A stretch of DNA of 64,000 bases from NCBI RefSeq assembly GCF_964204645.1, contig NC_134027.1:16214485-16278484 (forward strand), given 5' to 3'. Below are positions 37,366-50,568 of the stretch, piece by piece. The stretch's first letter is position 1. The number at the start of each line of letters is the position of its first letter. The position numbers were made by a program, and so were the translations under genes. The stretch is from Tubulanus polymorphus (Eukaryota; Animalia; Nemertea). The notes beneath the pieces were generated by a model that was not told the DNA's origin, did not search any database, and saw nothing but the letters and a program-made list of their open reading frames with translations.

Positions 37366-39945
37366 CTCTTTCGATTCCATTGTCACATTATTGCGAAATG
37401 AGCGGTTGGTCGTAGCGGAGCCATTCTCGCGTTACTGTGAGTTGAGCTTTCAGTTTGAATTTCGCGCTCTTACTATACTTTCGCGATAAATGGCAGCACG
37501 TTATGGCATTAGAAGCCTCCGAGATATATTGTGGAGCCATTTCCGTAAAATTTTCGCTAGAAATTATACGTTTGATGTGAATTTGATGTGAATTTATCAA
37601 CTTTTGATATCCTAACAAACATGAACGCCGAACAGGTAATTGACGAATTATTTGCTGACAGAGAATCAGATAATAATGATTTTTCTACGGACTCTGAACG
37701 TGATATTAGTGATTTTAACGATGGTGAAACTGAAATGGACATAACCGATCAAGGCCCCGACCCTATGATAAAGAGGGGTGCCCATATAGATCAACGCCCC
37801 AGGGCACATACGATTTCAGAATCTGAAAGTGAAAGTGATTATGATTTTCCCTTACCTGCCATCCGTGGACGTGGTCGAGTCCGAGCTAGGGCTGCAGGTA
37901 GAGCTCGAAGAGGTGTTCAATGTATTCGAGGGGTTGTTGGTCGTGGCAGAGCCAGAGGTCGTGGGCAAGGGCCTGGTCGCAATGACTCAGATGTTGAATG
38001 GCGGGACCACTATGGCATAGCTCCTAATTAGTTACCTCAATTCGCGGATGTCAATGGTGGATTGCCTAGTGTAGACTGTAATAACTTTAGGCCAGTCGAT
38101 TTTTTCTACATAACATTTCCGCTGGAATTGATCGATATGTTGACATCTGAAACTAATCGTTACTATAACCAATATGCCGCTTCGCCGGAAGCAACCTCTA
38201 TGAAAAATCGTTGGATACCGGTTACGTCAGATGAAATGCAAGCGTTTCTCAGCCTACTGATTCTAACTTCACTGTGTAGGAGAGGTTCATACCAGAATTT
38301 CTGTACAACAGACACTCATTGAATTACCAGGAATTCCCAGTATTATGAGTAGAAATCGATTTCTTGACATTTTACGCTTTTTCCACACTGTTGACAACAC
38401 CACTGCAGTTCCGTGTGGGTGAGTTGGATATTACCGATGCTTCAAAATCCGAAACGTGGTTAGGCATTTATCACAGGCTTGGCAAGATGGCTATAATTTG
38501 GAGCGTGAAATTTCAGTAGACGAAGCTATTGTGGCATTCAAGGGACGTGTCGGCATGAAACAGTATCTCCCCAAAAAACCCAAAAAGTGGGGTATGAAAG
38601 CCTGGGTTTTGGCAGGCAGTCGAACAGGTTATGCATATAGGTGGCAGCTTTATGCAGGAAAAGAAGGCAATAATATTGAATGCGACTTAGGATCACGTGT
38701 AGTGCACGATCTAACAGCCGGTCTCGCTCCCGGTCATGTGTTATATGTTGACAATTTTTATACAAATGTGACTTTGTTTGAAGATCTCAAAACCAGAAAT
38801 ATTGGCGTGAGTGGAACTGTAAAGGCAATTCGTGTCCGTAATCCTGCCATAATAAAACGTTCTGTAAAGAACACCAGGGAAGCTGAACTTAGACAATTGT
38901 CTCCTGTGTTCAAATATAACGGCAATGTGTTGGCAATTGGATGGATGGATAAACGTCCTGTCACCATGTTATCTACTGTTCATTCATCCAATGTAGTGGA
39001 AAAACACATTCGTGATCGCCTTGCAGATACAGGATTCCGGACTGTTGAAAAACCTGTAGCAATTGCAGATTACAACATTTTCATGAGTGGTGTCGATCGT
39101 AATGACCAACTGAACTCGTACTTCTGTAATGAACATAAATCATTCAAATGGTGGATAAAATCATTCCTTCATCTGTTCACAACTAGTGTCACGAATTCAT
39201 TTATCTTAGACAAGGCAGTAACGCCAGCAGCTGAACAGAAATCAGACAGGGATTTTCGTCTAACTGTAGCCCATCAGTTACTAGAGGGCTACGCAAGAAA
39301 AGTGTCAAAAGTCGGTTGGCGTCCGAGTCGTGGTGCTGAAAATGAACTTCGGTTGACCGAACGGCATTTTATTACCCGAGGTAATGGATGACAAGACTGC
39401 ATAGTATGCACAAAGAGAGAAAACAAACGATATTTGTGTTGCAGACAATCATCATTTGTGTGTAAAAACTGTGTTCCCAATGTACCGTTGTGTGTTCATC
39501 CATGTTTCGAGATATACCACACCATGAGAGACTATAAGCGCCATTTTGAAACTAATTATGCAGAATAGAATTGTATAAAAACATTGGTTTTATTCATTAA
39601 AAAAAAATGCAGGTAAGCTGTGCATTTTATTACAGTATTCTTAGAATTTATTGTGGTGTTTGGGTGTAATTTTTTTAGCAATTTTTTAAAAATTCGTCAA
39701 AAGTCACATTTTTCAGCAATTTTAGTAGATTTTCACCCAAAATATGGAACACACTAATAAAAATATTGGCATCATCTAAAACTTTGGAATGACCTCTAAA
39801 AAGTTTTCTTAGACCACAAATGTGTCACTCTGATAATTTAGCCTGTATTTGAGGTTGAAAAATTGCATTCATTAGTCTAAAAATGGGCCCTGGAAACTTG
39901 GTTTGGCAGGGACCATTGTTGCTTGGAAACTGGGTATCGAAAGAG
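37366..39945 (+). mobile_element. piggyBac transposon, full length (2580 bp)
   Basis: TTAA at 37362-65 and 39946-49; TIR ctctttcgat / atcgaaagag. Confidence 0.92.
37621..39569 (+). pseudogene. piggyBac (PGBD4-like) transposase with premature stops
   Basis: SVDEAIVAFKGR, YLPKKPKKWG, YVDNFYT, GVDRNDQ (DDD triad), C-terminal CIVC..CKNC..LCVHPCFEIYH; stops at ~38029, 38320, 38420, 39389. Confidence 0.9.
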
Positions 39946-42410
39946 TTAAACCTGCCAATATAACTCACTTACAGAGGAATTGCCCTGAAGTTTGTCACAT
40001 GTTGGAACATAAGTTAGATCCATCATATGCTGTCAACGATGAAAAACTGTTTCGAAAGCTCAGTTGGAGGGCCGACCAATATGGTATTATCGATGGCACG
40101 TTATATTATTTGTATACGCCTAGAGTTACTGGTATTCCTAAAGCTGAAAAGGTCATCAGTTTTTGAAGTTCCTAGGTCATTACGGTCGGAAATATTGAAA
40201 TCTTACCAAGATTCATTAGTGGGAGGTTGCCACCAGGGTCGAGATCGTCTTTATGGTGTTTTACGTAATAAATATCATTGGGATTCCATGTATGAAGATT
40301 GCGGGAAATATGGTTCCACTTGTGAGAATTGCCAACAGGTCAAACGGAATTATCATAGTCATCCAACACCCTTACAACCATTACCAATTGAAGGCTTAGT
40401 CTCCAGATGGCACATTGACTTCCTTTGCAATCTTCCGGAGACACCTGATGGTAATAAGCATATCCTACTCGTAGTAGATAGCTGGAGTAAATGGCCCGAG
40501 GCTTTTCCTCTCAAAACTCAAGAAACAACAGAGGTAGCAAAGGTTCTCTTTAAAGAGATATTTTCGGGGTATGGTGCGCCTCATTCTTGAGTCTCTGATT
40601 GCAGTAAAACATTTATGTCTAAGTTAGTTGGAGCTCTCTGTGAATTGTTTCACGTGAAACAACATTTCACCGCTCCGTACCATCCTCAATCAAACTCAGT
40701 TTGCGAGAGAACTAACCAGTACATTTTGCAGTCGCTTAGGTCGTACTATAACCAGGACCAGACTAATTGAGATACACTAATGCCAAGTGTAATGATGAGT
40801 TATAGGCATGTTCCCTCAACTGAAGGTTCAGGTTTTAGCCCTTACCACATGTTATTTGGTCAAGAAATGCGTCTACCAATAGACACGGCTTTAATTCCAC
40901 GGCATTCGTTAGCTACTGATCATAAGGCATACTTATCACATATATTAAGGCAGCTGGTCATATCACGAAATATTGCTAACGAGAATATTAAGAGCTCAAA
41001 ATAAGTATAAAACTCAGTTCGATAAAAAGGCATCAAAACCTCAGTTTCAGATTACTGATCGCGTTTGGCTAAAAGTCATGAAAGTTAAGAAAGGAAAATC
41101 ACCAAAACTGTGTAAAAAATACGTAGGTCCCTATTTCATTCAGTCAATAGCTAACAAAGGGGCTTATCAACTACGAAGAATATCTGATAACGTTTTACTC
41201 CCATCGCATGTCAATGGGAATCGTCTGAAGTTATACAAAGATCTTTCATCACGTCCGAATTATGAAGAGGTCGCATGGGATGGTTCAACAGCTGAGGAAA
41301 ACCCTGAATTATTCGACAAGATTCATGGGCACTTAAAATATAAACCTAGCAATCTAGCTGACACTCCAACTGACACTCAAATTTCGGCAGACGATAACAA
41401 AGATAGACCGGTTGTTACTGAGACTTTCAATGAATCAGATATTCAGAAAATTCTACAGTACAAACTAGAAAATGGTTTATGTAAATATCGCGTAAAATGG
41501 AAGTCAGATTTAAATCGTGAAAATTCTTGGGAATTAGGAAAATGGATCCCAAATAAACTCATTCAACACTTTCACGAAAACTATACGGCATCAGGCAAAA
41601 AACGTAAGAAACCGTGCAGAAGTAAGTTTTTTGATCGCATAAAAGACGTTGCTGATAATAATCAGGGAAATCAAAAAGATCGAAATGATAAGGAGAATGA
41701 CGCAGCAAATATTATAATCACAAATAGAGATAGATGTCAGGATAGTGAAGTAGAGATACGTGAAAAACCTAGAAGAAAATTAAATGGAACCGTAATACAG
41801 GGTGTATATGTTACTAATGATCGACTCCAGGAATTTGATAATCAGATATCTAATGAAGACTCATCAAATAATGAGAATGTAAATAGTGTATATTGTTCAG
41901 CTCGATCGAAAACTCACCAAGATCATGCAATTGAGGAAAGTGTTAAGACTAGTTCAGATTCAAGTAATGTCGCTATCGAAGAGGCTATACGGACGGGTAA
42001 TCGTCGAGCATTATGTCCATGCCCTACGGGAAAAACGGTTGTTGCTATAAAATTTCAAAATAATGTGCTATTCGTCAAATATTACCATGACAGTCCATGG
42101 TACCGGGCATCAAAACGAGATTGGTTTGAAGTAAGTGATTATGGAGAAAGTCTTGAACATGTATGGGGTATATATCATGTCATCTTGGAAAATGAAAGGC
42201 CTCCCACCGAAACCGAGCTCAAAAACATTATACCTACTGCCGCTCGAGCCGTATCAACACGTTTCAACGACCAGGGAGTCTAAGAATACTATGTTTCATT
42301 TGAGCGGTTTGCACCCCCTGCATGGCTGCCTTGGTATGAAACACCTCCTGGCACACAAAGTCACTACGCTTCTCGTTTAAAATCAATTTCTTCGAAACTT
42401 AGTAGTAGTT

Positions 42411-42927
42411 CAGAGTTGCCACTTATGTGAAGCTAAAAATCCGGAAAATAAGTCGGGGGTCTGGGGACCCTCCCCCAAAAATTTTTTTGAAATTAGAACG
42501 CCAGGAGATGCGTTCTGGCGCAATACGCGTTATAGGCCTCACTTTCATTACCGCCTATAGATCTTTTTTTCAAATAGCGATTGGTTCCGTCAAATACACC
42601 GCATATATAAACCAGAGAGCCAAAAAACAAACGAAGCGTCAGTCGATTTCGATCATCGCGTCATCTTGGTTTAATCATAGAACCATGTTCTATGGTTTAA
42701 TCGTGTACTGCAGGGTTGTTGCCACTACGTGGCAGCACAATACGGCTTTTTCGAACCCTCTACGGAGCCGTCACGTTTTGATGTTTAGGGTCGAATCCCG
42801 AATTGATTTTATTTTTTTCGCGATGTTTTCTTTTGTGGTTATTTGACTTCTCCCGAAAATCCGGAAATGAAATTGGATTTTTTAAAAATCCCGAATTCCG
42901 GAGAAATCCAGAGAAGTGGCAACACTG
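42411..42927. mobile_element. hAT-like MITE with 6-bp TSD
   Basis: TIR cagagttgccactt / aagtggcaacactg; gtagtt on both sides. Confidence 0.75.
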
Positions 42928-44261
42928 GTAGTTACAGTAGGTTTTCTTAAGCTTTCCGGATATCATATGGATATCAGCGATGAATTGATAAGCTTATTAC
43001 TTGTACGTATATTTTCAGTTTATTTACGCCCTGAACAGTTCGAAGATAGTTCATACATTCAATTAATATATACTAGTCATTTAAAGTAGAGTACATGAAA
43101 TCTTTCGTAAAAAACATGCAAATAACCTAATTTTATATCTAATCCGAGACATATTTGAGAGGAGTGTACAGTACGGTATGAATTTATCTATGGTATAATA
43201 TAACGTGGATTAATTGAGACTGCGATGATATGTGTTAATACAGTTAAATTATGCTGATGGTGTTATCTTTTCTCAATTACTATGGTTATTCTTTTTTTAC
43301 TTCTGACCACTTTTTTGGATGATGATCAGTTTTTTTTCTTTTGGTTGACAAGGGTAACTGTATTTGTGTTGTGTCATTGCCTGAACACTGCTCTGATGTC
43401 AGAAGTTGCACGTTACTATCATTGTGTCATGAAGTTATTTCCAGTTAGTAATCGAAAGATCTTCAAAACAGAGAAATGCGTACCGGTCCTACTTGCAATC
43501 ACCAACTGGACTTCAAGACGCTATAACTACACAACACGTCGCTAGTTCTGTTCCTTCGTTGCAGAATCAGCCAGAATTCGGGAATCCTTTTGCAGATCAT
43601 TCAAATACTGTTAACGTATCATCGCACCGTCCGTATATAACGACAACATGTGACTCTTTCGTGAATGACTGAGAATCTGGCCATTACTGTCCAGCGTTTG
43701 CACATTTTCGCGCAGTGAAACTCAATCTATCATGTTTTTGCGATGAAAGGAGTTTTGATGAGCTTTCAGCATCTACGTTTTCCGCAAATTTGGCGGACCA
43801 ATAAAGTTATAATAATCAATCTCATTCCGGGATGCAATAAAGATTGTACATATAAGGTTTAACTGCCTTGTTGTTCCTGATGGATGGAATCCTGTACCGC
43901 TGGTGTAAATGCTAGTTCCCCAGCCAGCCTGCCTACAACAACCAGCCGGTACAGGGTGAAAATATCCGAACTTGAAACTAAACCTACAGTTGAATTTAAA
44001 ACTGATGAAATTAAGTTTACTGACTTAGAAATCCATAGCAGCAAAAACAGTACAAATCTCATTTCTAATGAGTAACATATATTTATTATAGCGAACGTTT
44101 TCGGGAGTTACATTATCCCCTCTTCAGATTGGGATGCATAGTATTTAATGCATCAAAAAATGAATTGTAGTTAGAGTTGATTCGAAAAATACAGAAAATG
44201 TCATCAACATATCTAAGGTACAATGTGGGTCTGAATTGCACCGACTGACACTGGTAGTACT

Positions 44262-45020
44262 AATTTCGTCTCACGCGTATATAGAAAAGCTTCTAATACT
44301 GGATTACTTTTGAACTTTAATGCAATGTGTCCTTACAAATGGAAAACTGGTCTTATCAACACGATGCTTTTTCGTGCATACAATATATGCAGCAATTGGA
44401 ACATTCTTTCGGAAGAATTTGATTTTCTTAAGAAATTATTCAAACTTAATGGTTATCCTAGCCATGTTTTTGATCACTGTGTTAAAAAATTTCTCGACTC
44501 TAAATTCGTTACCCAGCCTAAAACCGTTGATGAGAGTAAAGTTTGTCTTTTCATTTCCATACCGTTTGTGGGTTTCCCGTCTATTCTATATGCTCAAAAA
44601 TTAAAGAAACTGTTTAAATCGAATTTCGAAATAGACCTTCAATGCTCATTCGTAACCACTAAGATTAAGAATTTCTTTTCACTTAAGTGTCCGACTCCTA
44701 AATCCTTGAAAGCTATGGTTGTCTACAAATACACTTGTTTATGTGATATAAACACTGCCTATATAGGTAAAACAAAAAGACACCTAGTAACAAGAGTTAA
44801 GGAGCACAAACTTAAGACTTCAGCAATTGGCCAACATCTATCAAACTGCCGTGACTGTCAGGTCTCGTTTAGCGAAAAGAATTTCAAAATTTTAGATAAT
44901 GGTTCCTCCGATTTAGATTGTAAAATTAGAGAAGCACTTTTTATCAAAACTCAACAGCCCTCCCTTAATCGACAACTATTCGAACACGGTTCAGGATTCA
45001 TTCTCAATGTTTTTAGATAA
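44262..45020 (+). pseudogene. Penelope RT thumb + GIY-YIG endonuclease fragment (copy 1)
   Basis: Open frame but lacks the RT core and a true start. Confidence 0.85.
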
Positions 45021-45186
45021 TTAACCACTACTCAAATATCTTCACTCAGTAATTTAGATTGTGTGTAATTAGTTATCTTTATATTATGATTATCTTGTCA
45101 CTCAGTAATTTGAAATTGTTTGTAATTAGCTTCGTCTTATTCTATATAAATACCAGTATGATATGTAAATTCAATCACTTGCGCTA

Positions 45187-45227
45187 TGCCTGAAGAGGGG
45201 ATAATGTAACTCCCGAAAACGTTCGCA
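45187..45227 (+). ncRNA. Minimal type I hammerhead ribozyme (copy 1)
   Basis: tgc-CTGAAGA-gggga..tccc-GAAA-acgttC-gca: conserved core, stem II, palindromic AACGTT stem III. Confidence 0.7.
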
Positions 45228-47590
45228 ATAATAAATATATGTTACTCATTAGAAATGAGATTTGTACTGTTTTTGCTGCTATGGATTTTTAATTATCTAG
45301 ACTCTCTACCCAAGATTTACTGACTTAAAGGTTATTAATAGTTTCACAATTGGATAATTTTCTATAGTAAAAGTTGTGAATAATATTTTTTCTGCTAATT
45401 GAAGACCTTTTTGACAAAACGAGTGTGTGGATTGTAGCCCACGCGTGACCCGCTCAGTAACACGCAAAATCTATTACTGATACATACACGGTGAATGACG
45501 CGTGTATATGGCGTTATTGCCGACGAGACTGTAACTTATGTTATCGACGCTCTTCACTGTGCCCCAAACTAAATACACATAATCAGGCTCTAAAAACGGA
45601 TCGCTAATGCGAAAGTCCAAAAGAATTAATGACGATTAATCATTTTACTTAGTAATAGCTGGGATGTGTAATGAGATGGAATACAGACGCTTTTAATTGC
45701 AGGAATTAGGCTATTCAATTCAGCCCGTACATCAAAGGTTACTGCAACAACAGTAAGCTGAACACCAGTCAACATCAACTTTGATTCGGTCGCAGAACAA
45801 CCCGCAATAGTTTAAGCCTGATAAAGGTTCTGCGATCGATATTACGCATGCCCACTGGCATTCATCGAACAATGAGGAAGAAGCTGTACTTTCACATATA
45901 TTTCTATAGAAAATCGGTTCAAATTCAACAATTTCTTGCGAAATTTGTCCAACTAGGTATGTATTTTTATTCTTCTATTTCTCCGAAACCTGGTATCGGA
46001 ACATAAAGTATTTATACTGTGAATAAAGTCTGTTTTTTTGTGTTAAGCATATGTTTTTGACAGTTCGCTCTGATTCAGGGTTTAGCGTTTTTTGGGCCTC
46101 GAAGATGTTAAATATTTCGGCTCAGACTCGTGCAGCTTTCATTTCTGGCGTCATGTTGTTATGTTACGACACAACTCATACACTACACAAAAAATGATCT
46201 TTAAAATGTGCATTTACTACATAATAATGTAATTTAAAAACGCTTAAAAATTAGGCCTACACTTGAGTACAGTAATACTAGCCATTTTTATAGCCTAGTT
46301 TACGGTCACCGTGTCGCGAAGTGCGAATATATTTTTTATTATTGATCAGTATTATTAACTACGTCATTGATTGATTGCAGTGGCATCGATATGTTTGTTT
46401 AATTTGTGTTCAATTTTTGGTGTGACATTTGTTATGGAACACTCTGTATTGTAACCTTGGCTACTGCTGCCATCTATAGGGAAAAATGTGTGAATGCTCA
46501 CTTGCCAGAACCGGAAGTGAAAAGAACAAATAAAAAGTCATGAAAACTAGAAAAACTGGTCGTTAAAAGTTACTTCTCGGCTCAACCGAAGGGACAAGGA
46601 TGGAATTCAAGACACACCGTCGCTGAAATTTTGAAAAAATGCTAATAAAATAAGTACATGAAATCTTTCGTAAAAAACATGCAAATAACCTAATTTTATA
46701 TCTAATCCGAGACATATTTGAGAGGAGTGTACAGTACGGTATGAATTTATCTATGGTATAATATAACGTGGATTAATTGAGACTGCGATGATATGTGTTA
46801 ATACAGTTAAATTATGCTGATGGTGTTATCTTTTCTCAATTACTATGGTTATTCTTTTTTTACTTCTGACCACTTTTTTGGATGATGATCAGTTTTTTTT
46901 CTTTTGGTTGACAAGGGTAACTGTATTTGTGTTGTGTCATTGCCTGAACACTGCTCTGATGTCAGAAGTTGCACGTTACTATCATTGTGTCATGAAGTTA
47001 TTTCCAGTTAGTAATCGAAAGATCTTCAAAACAGAGAAATGCGTACCGGTCCTACTTGCAATCACCAACTGGACTTCAAGACGCTATAACTACACAACAC
47101 GTCGCTAGTTCTGTTCCTTCGTTGCAGAATCAGCCAGAATTCGGGAATCCTTTTGCAGATCATTCAAATACTGTTAACGTATCATCGCACCGTCCGTATA
47201 TAACGACAACATGTGACTCTTTCGTGAATGACTGAGAATCTGGCCATTACTGTCCAGCGTTTGCACATTTTCGCGCAGTGAAACTCAATCTATCATGTTT
47301 TTGCGATGAAAGGAGTTTTGATGAGCTTTCAGCATCTACGTTTTCCGCAAATTTGGCGGACCAATAAAGTTATAATAATCAATCTCATTCCGGGATGCAA
47401 TAAAGATTGTACATATAAGGTTTAACTGCCTTGTTGTTCCTGATGGATGGAATCCTGTACCGCTGGTGTAAATGCTAGTTCCCCAGCCAGCCTGCCTACA
47501 ACAACCAGCCGGTACAGGGTGAAAATATCCGAACTTGAAACTAAACCTACAGTTGAATTTAAAACTGATGAAATTAAGTTTACTGACTTA

Positions 47591-48855
47591 GAAATCCATA
47601 GCAGCAAAAACAGTACAAATCTCATTTCTAATGAGTAACATATATTTATTATAGCGAACGTTTTCGGGAGTTACATTATCCCCTCTTCAGATTGGGATGC
47701 ATAGTATTTAATGCATCAAAAAATGAATTGTAGTTAGAGTTGATTCGAAAAATACAGAAAATGTCATCAACATATCTAAGGTACAATGTGGGTCTGAATT
47801 GCACCGACTGACACTGGTAGTACTAATTTCGTCTCACGCGTATATAGAAAAGCTTCTAATACTGGATTACTTTTGAACTTTAATGCAATGTGTCCTTACA
47901 AATGGAAAACTGGTCTTATCAACACGATGCTTTTTCGTGCATACAATATATGCAGCAATTGGAACATTCTTTCGGAAGAATTTGATTTTCTTAAGAAATT
48001 ATTCAAACTTAATGGTTATCCTAGCCATGTTTTTGATCACTGTGTTAAAAAATTTCTCGACTCTAAATTCGTTACCCAGCCTAAAACCGTTGATGAGAGT
48101 AAAGTTTGTCTTTTCATTTCCATACCGTTTGTGGGTTTCCCGTCTATTCTATATGCTCAAAAATTAAAGAAACTGTTTAAATCGAATTTCGAAATAGACC
48201 TTCAATGCTCATTCGTAACCACTAAGATTAAGAATTTCTTTTCACTTAAGTGTCCGACTCCTAAATCCTTGAAAGCTATGGTTGTCTACAAATACACTTG
48301 TTTATGTGATATAAACACTGCCTATATAGGTAAAACAAAAAGACACCTAGTAACAAGAGTTAAGGAGCACAAACTTAAGACTTCAGCAATTGGCCAACAT
48401 CTATCAAACTGCCGTGACTGTCAGGTCTCGTTTAGCGAAAAGAATTTCAAAATTTTAGATAATGGTTCCTCCGATTTAGATTGTAAAATTAGAGAAGCAC
48501 TTTTTATCAAAACTCAACAGCCCTCCCTTAATCGACAACTATTCGAACACGGTTCAGGATTCATTCTCAATGTTTTTAGATAATTAACCACTACTCAAAT
48601 ATCTTCACTCAGTAATTTAGATTGTGTGTAATTAGTTATCTTTATATTATGATTATCTTGTCACTCAGTAATTTGAAATTGTTTGTAATTAGCTTCGTCT
48701 TATTCTATATAAATACCAGTATGATATGTAAATTCAATCACTTGCGCTATGCCTGAAGAGGGGATAATGTAACTCCCGAAAACGTTCGCAATAATAAATA
48801 TATGTTACTCATTAGAAATGAGATTTGTACTGTTTTTGCTGCTATGGATTTTTAA
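47591..48855 (+). mobile_element. Penelope-like retroelement fragment (copy 2)
   Basis: Same as copy 1 at +3563. Confidence 0.88.
48750..48790 (+). ncRNA. Minimal type I hammerhead ribozyme (copy 2)
   Basis: Same sequence as 45187-45227. Confidence 0.7.
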
Positions 48856-50256
48856 TTATCTAGACTCTCTACCCAAGATTTACTGACTTAAAGGTTATTA
48901 ATAGTTTCACAATTGGATAATTTTCTATAGTAAAAGTTGTGAATAATATTTTTTCTGCTAATTGAAGACCTTTTTGACAAAACGAGTGTGTGGATTGTAG
49001 CCCACGCGTGACCCGCTCAGTAACACGCAAAATCTATTACTGATACATACACGGTGAATGACGCGTGTATATGGCGTTATTGCCGACGAGACTGTAACTT
49101 ATGTTATCGACGCTCTTCACTGTGCCCCAAACTAAATACACATAATCAGGCTCTAAAAACGGATCGCCAATGCGAAAGTCCAAAAGAATTAATGACGATT
49201 AATCATTTTACTTAGTAATAGCTGGGATGTGTAATGAGATGGAATACAGACGCTTTTAATTGCAGGAATTAGGCTATTCAATTCAGCCCGTACATCAAAG
49301 GTTACTGCAACAACAGTAAGCTGAACACCAGTCAACATCAACTTTGATTCGGTCGCAGAACAACCCGCAATAGTTTAAGCCTGATAAAGGTTCTGCGATC
49401 GATATTACGCATGCCCACTGGCATTCATCGAACAATGAGGAAGAAGCTGTACTTTCACATATATTTCTATAGAAAATCGGTTCAAATTCAACAATTTCTT
49501 GCGAAATTTGTCCAACTAGGTATGTATTTTTATTCTTCTATTTCTCCGAAACCTGGTATCGGAACATAAAGTATTTATACTGTGAATAAAGTCTGTTTTT
49601 TTGTGTTAAGCATATGTTTTTGACAGTTCGCTCTGATTCAGGGTTTAGCGTTTTTTGGGCCTCGAAGATGTTAAATATTTCGGCTCAGACTCGTGCAGCT
49701 TTCATTTCTGGCGTCATGTTGTTATGTTACGACACAACTCATACACTACACAAAAAATGATCTTTAAAATGTGCATTTACTACATAATAATGTAATTTAA
49801 AAACGCTTAAAAATTAGGCCTACACTTGAGTACAGTAATACTAGCCATTTTTATAGCCTAGTTTACGGTCACCGTGTCGCGAAGTGCGAATATATTTTTT
49901 ATTATTGATCAGTATTATTAACTACGTCATTGATTGATTGCAGTGGCATCGATATGTTTGTTTAATTTGTGTTCAATTTTTGGTGTGACATTTGTTATGG
50001 AACACTCTGTATTGTAACCTTGGCTACTGCTGCCATCTATAGGGAAAAATGTGTGAATGCTCACTTGCCAGAACCGGAAGTGAAAAGAACAAATAAAAAG
50101 TCATGAAAACTAGAAAAACTGGTCGTTAAAAGTTACTTCTCGGCTCAACCGAAGGGACAAGGATGGAATTCAAGACACACCGTCGCTGAAATTTTGAAAA
50201 AATGCTAATAAAATAAGTTTTATTTTTATGCTTATCGCCCGTCCCCGCTCCATGAG

Positions 50257-50568
50257 CAGAGATGCTAGGGCCAAAGTACCAAAATTCCGGAATTTAGAAC
50301 GGGGGTCTGAAAAATTCTCCCCCAGAAAAAATTGTGCGTTTTTGCATCGCCGGAGATGCAGTATCGAGATCGGCATCTTTCATCTGAAAATACTACGGCA
50401 GGCACTCGTTGTGCTTCACATCCCTCGCTGCCTTCTTATGCCGCGTGCTATCCGGGTGACGAAGAATATCTTTTTTTCCCGCCACTACCGTATTTGACCT
50501 GGTCTTATTGACATCGGCAATCCTAAATTTCCGGGATTCCGGATATTTCCGGAAAACTAGCATCTCTG
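50257..50568. mobile_element. hAT-like MITE with 6-bp TSD
   Basis: Perfect 12-bp TIR cagagatgctag; catgag on both sides. Confidence 0.8.

Larger units (their letters stand above)
37105..42400 (+). mobile_element. Gypsy/Ty3 LTR retrotransposon pol fragment (RNase H end, integrase, chromodomain), disrupted
   Basis: RWELALQVYNFSVEHPPGKKNGNCDSLS; H2C2 region GGCHQG..KYHW..CENCQ; WHIDFL..VVDSWSKWPEAF; APYHPQSNSVCERTN; GPYFI; chromo-like YRVKWK...NSWE; no LTR seen. Confidence 0.88.
44028..45292 (+). mobile_element. 5'-truncated Penelope-like retroelement with inverted terminal segment (copy 1)
   Basis: ORF remnant VYRKASNTGLLLNF...KTGLINTMLFRAYNICS and GIY-YIG VVYKYTC..YIGKTKRHL..RVKEH..IREALFIK..PSLN; 44028-44127 is the reverse complement of 45190-45292. 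Confidence 0.88.
43090..50218 (+). repeat. Tandem duplication, 2 x 3563 bp, near identical
   Basis: All ORFs repeat at +3563 (43282/46845, 44310/47873); AGT shared at all three junctions; one visible substitution (45605 T vs 49168 C). Confidence 0.95.

Noticed and set aside
36880-43090. LTRs for the Gypsy element
   Set aside because: No TG..CA direct repeats, PBS or PPT could be identified; gag and RT are missing.
44310-45020. Intact stand-alone GIY-YIG gene
   Set aside because: Starts at TTG within the RT-thumb region; it is a 5'-truncated Penelope ORF.
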